Assembly (NCBI GenBank): GCA_019637815.1
Contig: JAHBUZ010000011.1
Location: forward strand, 18,758-82,757
Source of the DNA: Chloroflexota bacterium
Lineage (GTDB): Bacteria > Chloroflexota > Limnocylindria > Limnocylindrales > CSP1-4
DNA: 64,000 nt
Direction of reading: 5' to 3'
Shown: positions 9,683 through 18,930 of the stretch, piece after piece
How positions within the stretch are numbered: position 1 is the stretch's first letter
Layout of the letters: the number at the start of each line of letters is the position of its first letter
The notes under the pieces: generated by a model
Database searches by the model: none
What the model was told of the DNA's origin: nothing
Seen by the model: the letters and a program-made list of their open reading frames with translations, nothing else
Translations under genes and position numbers: made by a program

Positions 9683-10665
9683 GCCTGCACCTCCCTGACC
9701 TCACCGGCGCGTGTCACGCCGTCGACCGCTCGCTCCGTCGCCTGGAACACCGCACAGGTGATCCAGGTCGCGTGGCTGCCACCTGGCTCCAGCCAACGGG
9801 CCTGGCCCCGCTCGATGGCCGCCGCAAGCCCCTGGGACGGCCACGACATCTGGGGCTCGATGGCGGTGATCCTGCTCCGACCGAACCAGGGCATGCCCGG
9901 GGTCAGCACCTCCTGCCACAGCCACGCGTGCGCGAACGTGGTGGCGTCCCATGCGAGGGCGACACCGCTGCCGCTCCGTGGGTCACGGATCGCCGCCCAG
10001 CCGGGCAGGTCCTGGAGCCACACCAGGCGATGGGCACGCCGCGGCAGGATCGGCTGTCGCAGGTCGATCGGCCGACCGTCGCGGCCCGGCAGGGTCGGCC
10101 AGGCCCCGCTCGCCCCGGGCTCCAGGTCACCGTCCTCGTCCGGGAACGCGGTCGCCGCCTCGATGCGGTGGGCGGGGATGTCCAGCACGCTCGACTCGGT
10201 CACCGCGAACGCCGGGTGATGACCCCAGATGAAGGGCACCCGCAGGTCCGACTCGTTGATGGCGCGTTCCTCGATGCGCAGCGCCGCGTGCTGCGCGTCG
10301 ATGGCCATGGTCCGCTCGAGGACCAGCGGCAATCGTGTGCCGGTGCGCATCACCACCCGATCGGCCGCCTGCTCCACGACCTCCCAGCGGGCGGTGGAGA
10401 CCTCGCCGTGGAACGGCACGGGCACGCCCATGACCTCGCATGCGTCACCGCCGTTGGGGAACAGCTCCTGCCAGTCCCCTCGATACTCGGACAGCCAGTC
10501 GAGCACCGGATCACCCCAGGTCGTGGAGCGGCTCGCCCGGAGCGGTGACAGCCAGTCACCATGGAACAGGACGTTGTGCTGCTCGTCCCGCCCGACGTGG
10601 ACGATGTCCGCCCCCCGGTCCTCGTCCACCCGCACCAGCAGCCGGTCCGTCCGCAGCTCGATCAT
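9679..10665 (-). CDS. hypothetical protein, possibly galactose-mutarotase-fold (aldose-1-epimerase-like/DUF4432-like)
   Basis: Start MIELRTDRLLVRV at 10665 overlaps the lyase stop by ATGA. The assignment rests on weak resemblance to epimerase-like proteins from sugar operons and is tentative. Confidence 0.35.
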   Translation of the reverse strand: MIELRTDRLLVRVDEDRGADIVHVGRDEQHNVLFHGDWLSPLRASRSTTWGDPVLDWLSEYRGDWQELFPNGGDACEVMGVPVPFHGEVSTARWEVVEQAADRVVMRTGTRLPLVLERTMAIDAQHAALRIEERAINESDLRVPFIWGHHPAFAVTESSVLDIPAHRIEAATAFPDEDGDLEPGASGAWPTLPGRDGRPIDLRQPILPRRAHRLVWLQDLPGWAAIRDPRSGSGVALAWDATTFAHAWLWQEVLTPGMPWFGRSRITAIEPQMSWPSQGLAAAIERGQARWLEPGGSHATWITCAVFQATERAVDGVTRAGEVREVQA

Positions 10666-12053
10666 GCGACCTCCCTCGCGTGCGCCCATCCTGCGAGCGC
10701 CGCGTCCACGATGTCCTCCGCCTCGCCCACGTAGCCCGCCGGGTCGAGGAGCGTCGCCGCATCCGGCAGCCGTGCCGCCAGGTCCGTCGGCAGGTCCGCC
10801 GCCACGACCTCGCGCAGGGAACGACCCTCGACACGAGCCCGCGCGCACAGGTCGTAGACCAGCTCATGGGCGCGAGCGCGTCCGGCGACCGGTGCGAGGG
10901 CCATCATGAGCGCCTCGGCCATCACCAGCCCACCGTCCAGCTCGAGGTTCGCACGCATCCGTGCCGGGTCCACCCGCAGCCCGTCGAGCATCTCCGCGGT
11001 GAGCGAGAGGCTGCCGGCCGCGAGGGTCATCACGCCGGGCACCACGTCCCACTCGATCTGCCACTCCCCCGCTGCCCGCTCGTGGCGCACCTGCATCGCG
11101 GTCAGCGCCGCCGGCACGAGGGTGAGTGCGATGCTGCCCATGCCCACGATCGACTCACTGAGGATCGGGTTCGCCTTCTGGGGCATCGTCGAGGATGCGC
11201 CACGGCCGTGGCTGAGGGTCTCGTGGACCTCCCCGATCTCGGTCCGTGCGAGATCCACGACCTCGCGCGCGATGCGCACGCAGCTCGATGCGAGCGACGC
11301 CCCCAGGGTGACCGCCTCCGCGACGCCGTCGCGCGCCGCGTGCCACGGCACCGCGGTATCGGCGAGTCCCAGGAGACCTGCCACGGACCGTCGGACGTCC
11401 GCGGCCCGTGGCCCCATGGCGGCCGTGGTGCCACCGGCACCGAACAGCTCCACCACCGCCACGCGCGGTCGTGCCTCGCGCAGGCGCTGCTGCTGACGGG
11501 TCAGCTCGGCGAGCCAGGTGGCCACCTTGGCACCGAACGTCGTGGGCACCGCCTGCTGGCCGTGGGTGCGTGCCGCCATCACGCTCGAGCGGTGATCCCG
11601 CGCGAGCCGCGCCACGACATCGCCCAGCTCGTCCGTGAGCGCCACCAGCCGATCGAGCGCCGCTGCCAGCTGGAGCGCGAGGCCGGTGTCCATGATGTCC
11701 TGGGTCGTGGCACCCCAGTGGAGATACGCCGCCACGTCCGCCGGGGCGTCCGCACCGATCGCGCCGATCAGCCCCACGATGGGATAACCCACGTGGCGGA
11801 TGCCGGCCGTGAGCGCGCCGTCCGGGATGACGAGCGTGTCGAGCCGCGTCACGATCGCAGCGGCTGCGTCCGGGGGGATGACCCCGAGCGACGCCTGGGC
11901 CTCGGCCAGCGCACGCTCCACCCGCAGCCACGCCTCGATCGTCGCCGACTGCGAGAACAGCCCGGTCATGACCGGGTCACCGAACGTGTCCTGGAGCATC
12001 GTCCAGGGCTGACCGACCGCCGAGCCGGGTCGGTCGCGCGCAGGGTCGGTCAT
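10662..12053 (-). CDS. class-II fumarase/aspartase-family lyase (PcaB 3-carboxymuconate cycloisomerase-like or adenylosuccinate-lyase-like)
   Basis: Carries the family signature GSSTMPQKANP. Start MTDPARD at 12053 overlaps the permease stop by ATGA. The long N-terminal extension in the track overlaps the neighbouring gene and was discarded. Confidence 0.75.
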   Translation of the reverse strand: MTDPARDRPGSAVGQPWTMLQDTFGDPVMTGLFSQSATIEAWLRVERALAEAQASLGVIPPDAAAAIVTRLDTLVIPDGALTAGIRHVGYPIVGLIGAIGADAPADVAAYLHWGATTQDIMDTGLALQLAAALDRLVALTDELGDVVARLARDHRSSVMAARTHGQQAVPTTFGAKVATWLAELTRQQQRLREARPRVAVVELFGAGGTTAAMGPRAADVRRSVAGLLGLADTAVPWHAARDGVAEAVTLGASLASSCVRIAREVVDLARTEIGEVHETLSHGRGASSTMPQKANPILSESIVGMGSIALTLVPAALTAMQVRHERAAGEWQIEWDVVPGVMTLAAGSLSLTAEMLDGLRVDPARMRANLELDGGLVMAEALMMALAPVAGRARAHELVYDLCARARVEGRSLREVVAADLPTDLAARLPDAATLLDPAGYVGEAEDIVDAALAGWAHAREVA

Positions 12054-13051
12054 CGGGTACCGCGGCTGCGCAACCGGTCGAGCGAGAGCGCCACGAGGAG
12101 CACCACGCCCACGGTGATGGTCTGGTAGAAGCTGGGCACGTTCAACAGGATGAGGCCATTGGTCATCGTGGCCAGGAACACCGCACCGAGGAGCGTCCGG
12201 AGCACGTTGCCACGCCCACCATAGATGGAGGTGCCACCCAGCACGACCGCGGTCAGGATGTCGAACTCGGCACCGGTCGCGAGGGCGGGCGCGGCGGACG
12301 CGAGCCGTCCCGCGAGGACCACGCCCGCGAGCCCCGATAGCAGACCGGCGACCGCGTAGACCTCGATGCGATGCCGCGACACGCGCACGCCCGCGATGCG
12401 CGCGGCACGCTCGGCGGACCCCACGGCGTACGTGTGGAGACCCCACGTGGTGCGTGCCATCACCCATGCCGCCACGAGATACAGGACGATCATGAGCACG
12501 ACCGGCACGGGCAGCGGACCGATGAACCCGCGACCGAGCCACTTGAGCAGCTCCCCCGACTCCCCCGCGAGCCCGACGGAGCGTCCCTCCGTGTACACGA
12601 ACGCGACACCCCGGATGACCAGCGCCGTGCCCAGCGTGGCGATGAAGGCCGGGATCCGGATCGTCTCCGCGAGCACGCCGTTGGCGAGCCCGAACAGCGC
12701 CGCGAACGCGAGCGCGACCGCGATGGCCAGCACGTCCGGACCACCCATCTGCTGGATGATGATGACCGCGGCGAGCCCCGCGAACGCCATCACGGCGCCC
12801 TGGCTGATGTCGATGCCACCCGCGATGAGGACCATCGTGGCGCCGACCGCGGCGATCGCGGTCACCGCCGACTGGCGCAGGATGTTGACCAGGTTGTCCT
12901 GGGTCAGGAAGCGATCGCTCAGGAGCACGAACACCGCGGCCATCACGAGGAGCGCCAGAAGCACCCCGTAGCGCGCCCAGAAGTCACCCCCGATACGCGA
13001 CCCGACCGATGGCGCCGGTGCCTCGGCCGGAGCGGCCGCCTCGTTCGTCAC
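12050..13051 (-). CDS. ribose-type (RbsC-like) ABC sugar permease
   Basis: Multi-pass hydrophobic protein with a typical branched/ribose permease architecture. GTG start at 13051 with a GAGGGA RBS, 13 nt after the ATPase stop. Confidence 0.8.
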   Translation of the reverse strand: MTNEAAAPAEAPAPSVGSRIGGDFWARYGVLLALLVMAAVFVLLSDRFLTQDNLVNILRQSAVTAIAAVGATMVLIAGGIDISQGAVMAFAGLAAVIIIQQMGGPDVLAIAVALAFAALFGLANGVLAETIRIPAFIATLGTALVIRGVAFVYTEGRSVGLAGESGELLKWLGRGFIGPLPVPVVLMIVLYLVAAWVMARTTWGLHTYAVGSAERAARIAGVRVSRHRIEVYAVAGLLSGLAGVVLAGRLASAAPALATGAEFDILTAVVLGGTSIYGGRGNVLRTLLGAVFLATMTNGLILLNVPSFYQTITVGVVLLVALSLDRLRSRGTR

Positions 13052-13064
13052 ACCCGTCCCTCGC

Positions 13065-14675
13065 TCATGCGGCGTGCCCCCGCCCGGCCGCCGCGCCCAC
13101 CAGGCTCGTCTCGGTCGCGTCCGCGGTATCGAACTCCGCGACCACGCGACCGTTGCGGAATACCACGATGCGGTCCGCCACGGCCACCAGCTCCGCGAGC
13201 TCGGAGCTGATGAGCAGGATGCCCTTGCCCTCCGCCGCGAGGTCCCGCAGCAGGTCCAGCAGCTCGCGCTTGGCCTTGACATCGATGCCATGGGTCGGCT
13301 CGTCGAGCACCAGCACGTCGAGCCGTTCCGCGAGCAGCCGGCCGACCACCACCTTCTGCTGGTTGCCGCCGCTCAGCTGCTCGATGAGCGCTGTGTCCGT
13401 GGGCGTCTTGATGGCCAGACGATCGATGGTCCTGCGCGCGAGCGCACGCAGCCGGGCCATGTCCAGGACGCCGCCGCGCGCCGTGTCACCGGGCGCCCGC
13501 ACGCCCACGTTGATGCGGATGGACAGCCCCGGCAGGATGCTCTCCGCCTTGCGGTCCTCCGCGAGATACGCGACCCCCTCCCGATAGCCGTCCCAGGGTG
13601 AGCGCAGACGGACGGCCTCGCCCCGCACCACGACCTCCCCGGCGTCCGGCCGGAGCGATCCGGTGAGCGCACGCGCGATGGTGCTGCGACCGGCGCCCAC
13701 CAGGCCGAACACGCCCAGGATCTCTCCGCGGTGGAGCACGAGGTCCGCCGGGCCATGACGACCGACGCGCAGGCCCCGCGCCTCCAGCACCGGCTCGCCC
13801 CGCTGCCGCAGGTCGCGAGGCTCCGCTGGGGCGTCCCGATCACCGATGCCCGGGGTCATCGCCGCGACGATGGCATCCAGCTCCGCCGCAGGCGCCCCGA
13901 AGTCGCCCACGTGCATGCCGTCGCGGATGACCGTGACCCGGTCGCACAGCGCGCCGATCTCATCGAGGCGGTGCGAGATGTAGATGATGGCCACACCGCG
14001 GGTCGCGAGGCCGCGCAGCGTCGTGAACAGGCGCTCGGTCTCCCAGGGTGTGAGCGACGAGGTGGGCTCGTCGAGGAGCATCACGCTCGCGGCGTCCCGC
14101 AGCGCTCGTGCGGCGGCCACGAGCTGGCGGTCACCGATGGACAGCGCGGAGACCCGGCGTGCCGGATCGAGCCGCAGCCCGACCGCGTCGAGCAGGGGTG
14201 CCGCGGCACGCGCCATGGACGCCCGGTCGAGGCGCCAGGTGCTACCCGGGAATCGATGCTCCTCGCCCAGGAACAGGTTCTCCGCGACGGTCAGGTCCGG
14301 CACGAGGTCCAGCTCCTGGCGGACCACGCCGATGCCCAGGGCCTGGGCGTCGCGGACGCTCGTGAGGTGCACCGGCTCGCCGGCGATCCGCACCTCGCCG
14401 GCATCCGGCGCAAGGTCGCCCGTCAGGATCCGGATGAGCGTCGACTTGCCCGCGCCGTTCGCGCCCACGAGGCCGAGGATCTCGCCCCGCGCGACGGACA
14501 GCGAGACGCCCCGGAGCGCGCGCACCGCGCCGAACGACCGATGGACGTCGAGCGCGGCGAGCGCGGGCACGCCGTCCGGTGTCACCACCGGCGATGGCGT
14601 GGCCAGCACAGCGGCGACCGGGAGCGGGTCGAGCCCACTCCCGGTCAGGACCGGTCCGTTGCCGGCCAGGGTCAC
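13065..14675 (-). CDS. sugar ABC transporter ATP-binding protein with duplicated ABC domains (RbsA/MglA-like)
   Basis: Two Walker A sites (GANGAGKSTL and GLVGAGRST), a signature motif LSGGNQQKVVV and Walker B. Start at 14675 overlaps the SBP stop by ATGA. Confidence 0.85.
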   Translation of the reverse strand: MTLAGNGPVLTGSGLDPLPVAAVLATPSPVVTPDGVPALAALDVHRSFGAVRALRGVSLSVARGEILGLVGANGAGKSTLIRILTGDLAPDAGEVRIAGEPVHLTSVRDAQALGIGVVRQELDLVPDLTVAENLFLGEEHRFPGSTWRLDRASMARAAAPLLDAVGLRLDPARRVSALSIGDRQLVAAARALRDAASVMLLDEPTSSLTPWETERLFTTLRGLATRGVAIIYISHRLDEIGALCDRVTVIRDGMHVGDFGAPAAELDAIVAAMTPGIGDRDAPAEPRDLRQRGEPVLEARGLRVGRHGPADLVLHRGEILGVFGLVGAGRSTIARALTGSLRPDAGEVVVRGEAVRLRSPWDGYREGVAYLAEDRKAESILPGLSIRINVGVRAPGDTARGGVLDMARLRALARRTIDRLAIKTPTDTALIEQLSGGNQQKVVVGRLLAERLDVLVLDEPTHGIDVKAKRELLDLLRDLAAEGKGILLISSELAELVAVADRIVVFRNGRVVAEFDTADATETSLVGAAAGRGHAA

Positions 14676-15664
14676 TGGGCGGGATACAGCAGGTCGATGT
14701 AGGCCTGCGCGTTCTCCTGCGTGATGAGCACCGGCGGGACGTCGATCTGCGTCTCGACCGTGCCACCGCTGGCGAGCGTGATGAGCGCCTGCGCGATCAT
14801 CCGACCCGTGTTCACCGGCTCCGGGCTCACCGAGGCCGGGAAGTCACCGCTGAGCACGCCCTCGAGGACGCGTCGATCGATGCCCAGGCCGCCCACGATG
14901 ACGTCCGTGTTGAGGGCCTTGCCGGCCGACTGGACCGCTGACCGCGCACCCAGCGACCCCGGGTCGTTGACGGTCATGATGAGGTCCAGGTCAGGATGCC
15001 CCTGGAGGATGGTCTCCACCGCGGACAGCGCGGTGTCCTCCGCCCATGCCTCGACATCCGAGACGATCTCGTAGTTGGTCACCGACTCCTGGAGACCGTC
15101 GATGAGCCCCTGCTTGCGGTCGAGCAGCCCCGAGCCCAGCGAATCGGCGTTGAGGACCGCGACCTTGTAGGTCTCCACGCCCGGCTTGAGCGCCAGCAGC
15201 GCCTGGCCGTTCGCCTGGCCCTGGAGCCGGCCGAACTCGTGCTCCGGGAGACCGACGTACGCGTCGGCACCCTCGAACGTCGAGACCTGGGAGACGACCG
15301 GGATGCTCGCGGCGTGGGCCGCCTCGACGGCGGTCGTGATGGCGATCGGGTCGATGGACACGATGCCCACCCCCTGGACGCCCGCGGTGATGAGGTTCTC
15401 GATGCCCGACACCTGGGCCGCCGCATCGTTGTTGGGATCATCGATGACCAGCTCGATGCCGCAGGCGTCCGTGATCTCGCGCATGCCCTGCGCCGTGAAC
15501 TGGAAGTAGTCGAAGCCCATCAGCAGCGGCGAGTAGCCCAGCTTCTGGATGTCGGTGCCGCAATCGACACCCTCGGGGGTCGACGGGGACTGTGCGAGGG
15601 CCGCCGAGCCCAGGACCAGGGCGCCCACCACGGCACCCAGCGATGCGACGCGCATCGACCTCAT
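14672..15664 (-). CDS. ribose-type sugar ABC transporter substrate-binding protein
   Basis: Periplasmic-binding-protein type I fold with a signal peptide (MRVASLGAVVGALVLGSAALAQ). Start ATG around 15664 (alternates at 15670 and 15655), with a GAGGAGG RBS. Confidence 0.8.
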   Translation of the reverse strand: MRSMRVASLGAVVGALVLGSAALAQSPSTPEGVDCGTDIQKLGYSPLLMGFDYFQFTAQGMREITDACGIELVIDDPNNDAAAQVSGIENLITAGVQGVGIVSIDPIAITTAVEAAHAASIPVVSQVSTFEGADAYVGLPEHEFGRLQGQANGQALLALKPGVETYKVAVLNADSLGSGLLDRKQGLIDGLQESVTNYEIVSDVEAWAEDTALSAVETILQGHPDLDLIMTVNDPGSLGARSAVQSAGKALNTDVIVGGLGIDRRVLEGVLSGDFPASVSPEPVNTGRMIAQALITLASGGTVETQIDVPPVLITQENAQAYIDLLYPAQ

Positions 15665-15763
15665 GACCATCCTCCTCGTCCATCCGCGGCAGCAGTCAAA
15701 CGATTTCCTGCCTGCCCTGTCGGGCAGTGTGGCGCGCTGGCACCGTCGGTGTCAAGTGGGCAG

Positions 15764-15781
15764 CGGACCGGTAGCGGTCCG
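15764..15781. other. hairpin-forming inverted repeat CGGACCG-gtag-CGGTCCG between LacI-2 and the SBP
   Basis: 7-bp perfect arms with a 4-nt loop, in the 162-nt gap between the LacI stop and the SBP start. It could be an attenuator/terminator or a protein-binding site. Confidence 0.25.
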
Positions 15782-15826
15782 GTGGCAGAAGTCGCGCGCG
15801 TGGCGGGGTCATCGCCGCACGACCGG

Positions 15827-16954
15827 TCATCGCCGACGGGCGGGTGCCTCGACGAGCGGACGCGTGGAGCCGCGGACCAGGAGCCGGGGCGGGTCCGCGA
15901 GCAGCACGTCGCGGGGCGCGCCACCGCCAAGGCGTTCCAGCACCAGCTCCACGGACGCCCGACCCAACGCCTCCAGGGGCAGCTGCACGGTGGTCAGCGG
16001 CGGCTCGAAGAACTCGGCCACCGGGGAATCGTGGAGCGCCACCACGGACAGGTCCTCGGGGACACGACGACCACGCTCGCGGGCGGCCCGGATGACCCCG
16101 ATCGCGGCCATGATGTTGGCCACGAACAGGGCCGTCGTGGCACGCTCCCGGAGCGCCTGTGCTGCCACCGCATGACCCGAGGTGGCATCCCAGCCACGCC
16201 CCGCCACGATGCGCGGCGACAGACCCGCCTCGGTCATGGCCGCCTCGTACCCCGCCTGGCGACGCGCGGTGGTATCCATGGCCGGCGGGCCCGAGACGTG
16301 GACGATCCGACGATGCCCCAGCTCGATGAGATGCCGGGTCGCGAGATGGGCGCCGGCCGCGTCATCGACCACGATGGAGCCCACGGCGCCCGCGATGCGC
16401 CGATTGACCGCGATGACCGGGGCGGCACCCCGGGAGAGCGTGCGCAGCAGCTCGTCCTCGACCGTGGCGGAGGCGACGAGCAGTGCATCCACGCGGCCCT
16501 CATGGAGCAGCCGGGCGAACGACGCCTCGGTGGTCGCGGCATCCGAGCCGCTGCCCAGGATGAGCACATAGCCCGCCTCCGCCGCGCGGCGCTCGGCACC
16601 CACGACGATGGGCCCATACACGGGGTTGGAGACCTCCGGCAGCACCAGGCCGAGGGCGGATGTGGTGGCCATCCGCAGACCTCGCGCGAGCGCGTTGGGG
16701 CGGTATCCCAGCTGCTGGACCACGGCGAGCACCCGTTCCCGGGTCGCGTCGGTGATCTTGAGCGTGGGGTCGGCGTTGAGCACCCGCGACACGACGCTCG
16801 GGTCCACACCGACCCGCGCCGCCACGTCCCGGAGCGTGGGCGGGCGCGTCCCATCGGTCGACCGGCGCGAGCTCACGGATGGCTGACGCGTCGCGATGCC
16901 GGACCCAGCGGGTCCCCGGTCACGCGGGCAGGGTCGGATAGTGGAGTGGCGCAC
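15827..16954 (-). CDS. LacI-family transcriptional regulator (paralog 2)
   Basis: HTH sequence TLRDVAARVGVDPSVVSRVLN plus a sugar-binding domain. It has an N-terminal extension similar to LacI paralog 3. The start is uncertain, between 16954 and about 16876. Confidence 0.8.
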   Translation of the reverse strand: MRHSTIRPCPRDRGPAGSGIATRQPSVSSRRSTDGTRPPTLRDVAARVGVDPSVVSRVLNADPTLKITDATRERVLAVVQQLGYRPNALARGLRMATTSALGLVLPEVSNPVYGPIVVGAERRAAEAGYVLILGSGSDAATTEASFARLLHEGRVDALLVASATVEDELLRTLSRGAAPVIAVNRRIAGAVGSIVVDDAAGAHLATRHLIELGHRRIVHVSGPPAMDTTARRQAGYEAAMTEAGLSPRIVAGRGWDATSGHAVAAQALRERATTALFVANIMAAIGVIRAARERGRRVPEDLSVVALHDSPVAEFFEPPLTTVQLPLEALGRASVELVLERLGGGAPRDVLLADPPRLLVRGSTRPLVEAPARRR

Positions 16955-17762
16955 CTGCGGGCGCGCCCTCGATCTCCGCGAGATGCTGGAATCCGATGTT
17001 GGCGGTCGCCAGGCGGGTCAGGGCCTCGCCGAAGAACGCGATGTTGGTCGGGGCACAGAGGGTGAGCCCGGTCCAGTCGTCGATGAGCGTGGTGACCTCG
17101 TGGCCGTCCCACACCAGCACCGCGTCCGGCCGGAAGCAGGAGATGAGCAGGCGACCATCGGCCGTGAACGCGAGGCCGTCGGGCACCGTGCGAGGCAGCT
17201 CCGTGACGAGCTCCCGGGGACCCAGCGAGCCGTCGGCCAGGATGGGCAGTCGCGCCAGCGCCGGCCCGGATGTCTCGGCGACGTACAGGTACCCGCCCGC
17301 AGCGTCGATGGCGACGCCGTTCGCGAAGTCACGCGTCTCGGTCGAGCCGACATGCGTCGTGCCGTCCGGCTCGATGATGAACAGCGCGCCGTCGCGATCC
17401 GGCCACGACCCCGACTCCGACACGTACAGTCGACCCTGGGCATCGAACACGAGGGCGTTGGGGACGCGCATGGGCGTGTCCGGCGCGCCCCGACTCCATG
17501 CGTCATGGATCCCGGTGGCGGGGTCATAGCGCATGACCGCGTGGTGGACCTGGTCGCACCAGAAGATGCGTCCGCGAGCGTCGATGGCGATGCCCAGCAC
17601 GAAGCCACCCGTCTGGGCGATGGTCGTGAGGGTGCCCGTCGTGATGTCCACCCGGTACAGCTGGCCGGCCTCGCCACCTGCCACGATGGTGCCCGTCGTC
17701 GGGTCCCACGCAAGGCCCTCCGGGTGGTCCAGCCCACCCGCCAGCACGCGTCCGCTCGCCAT
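16920..17762 (-). CDS. SMP-30/gluconolactonase/LRE-family protein (six-bladed beta-propeller lactonase), paralog 1
   Basis: SGL-family repeats. Strong RBS GAGGAGG 5 nt before the ATG at 17762. Confidence 0.8.
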   Translation of the reverse strand: MASGRVLAGGLDHPEGLAWDPTTGTIVAGGEAGQLYRVDITTGTLTTIAQTGGFVLGIAIDARGRIFWCDQVHHAVMRYDPATGIHDAWSRGAPDTPMRVPNALVFDAQGRLYVSESGSWPDRDGALFIIEPDGTTHVGSTETRDFANGVAIDAAGGYLYVAETSGPALARLPILADGSLGPRELVTELPRTVPDGLAFTADGRLLISCFRPDAVLVWDGHEVTTLIDDWTGLTLCAPTNIAFFGEALTRLATANIGFQHLAEIEGAPAGAPLHYPTLPA

Positions 17763-17853
17763 GTCCGCCTCCTCGTCCCATCAGGAAATCGTGTGTCCAC
17801 GGGAGGCTAGAGGGCCCAGGCCCACCCCGTCAACGTCGGGTCCCGATCGTGGG

Positions 17854-18930
17854 TCAGCCCGGGGTCAGGGTCAGGATGCGCGCCGGCGTGTCGGTCGTGA
17901 TGGTCCGGATGGCCGCCTCGTCGAGACCACGCTCGCGGAGGAGCGGCACCATGTGGCTCAGCACGTGCCCGTAGCCCCAGCCGCCGTAGCGGACGTAGTC
18001 GGTCTTGAGCGCGGTGTCCATGGACAGGATGATCCGGTCGCCGTGGCCCTCCGCGACGAGCGTCGCCACCGCGTCGGCGGTCTCCCAGTCGCGGGCGGGG
18101 AAGCGGCCCGGCCGCTGGACGATGTCATAGCCGCACAGGTCGTACCCCAGCACGGCGCCACGCTCGGCGATGGCGCGGTGGTAGGCCACGTCCGGCAGGG
18201 TCGGGTTGAGGTGACCGATGACCACCCGTGACAGGTCCGCACCGGCGTCCTCGAGGATGTCCACGACATCGAGGCCCGCCGTCGCCCATGGGTCGGTATG
18301 GACCATGAGGCCCATGCCCGTCGCACGCATCGCGATCACGCTCGCGCGGAGCGAGCGCTCCTCGAAGGGCATCACGGGCGCGCTGGTGCCCACCTCCCCC
18401 AGGAAGCCGGCGCGCACCCCGCTCGTGCCGAGACCCTCGCGGTGCTCACGGATGAGCACCTCCGCGAGCTCGTCGACGCTGCGCTCGAGATGCTCCGCCG
18501 CGGTGAGCGCCTCCACGAAGAACGCCGTGCTGGCCACGATGTGGACACCCGACCGTCGTGACAGCTCCAGCAGCTCCCGCGCGTCGTGGCGCAGTCCGAT
18601 CGCCGAGACCTCGGCGATGGTGCCACCGCCGACCTCCCGGTAGCGCGCCAGCTCCTCCGCGCGCAGCTCGATCGGCCCCTGGTCGATGTTGTCCTTCGAG
18701 AGCATCCCCTCGCGGGACCAGAGGATCTCGCCCAGGTGCTCCAGGGTCACCGGCTGGTGGTACAGCCGACGGGCCTCGGGGTCCTCGGGCTCCGGGACCA
18801 TGCGCTCGATGTCATTGAGCAGGTGCTCGTGCAGCAGCGCGGGTCCCGCCTCGGCGGGGTCGATGGGACCCAGGACCGTGAGGATCCGCCCGGCCAGGTC
18901 CTGCGTGTCGTTCGTGCCCGTGTCGGTCAT
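17854..18930 (-). CDS. phosphotriesterase-family protein (PTE-like lactonase), paralog 2
   Basis: PALLHEHLL metal motif and a PTE-family C-terminus (GYGHVLS). The ATG at 18930 overlaps the stop of the upstream isomerase-like gene by ATGA. Confidence 0.8.
   Translation of the reverse strand: MTDTGTNDTQDLAGRILTVLGPIDPAEAGPALLHEHLLNDIERMVPEPEDPEARRLYHQPVTLEHLGEILWSREGMLSKDNIDQGPIELRAEELARYREVGGGTIAEVSAIGLRHDARELLELSRRSGVHIVASTAFFVEALTAAEHLERSVDELAEVLIREHREGLGTSGVRAGFLGEVGTSAPVMPFEERSLRASVIAMRATGMGLMVHTDPWATAGLDVVDILEDAGADLSRVVIGHLNPTLPDVAYHRAIAERGAVLGYDLCGYDIVQRPGRFPARDWETADAVATLVAEGHGDRIILSMDTALKTDYVRYGGWGYGHVLSHMVPLLRERGLDEAAIRTITTDTPARILTLTPG

Noticed and set aside
10440-12128. 562-aa plus-strand ORF
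   Set aside because: Antisense to the fumarase-family lyase and the permease. No domain signatures. A high-GC frame artefact.
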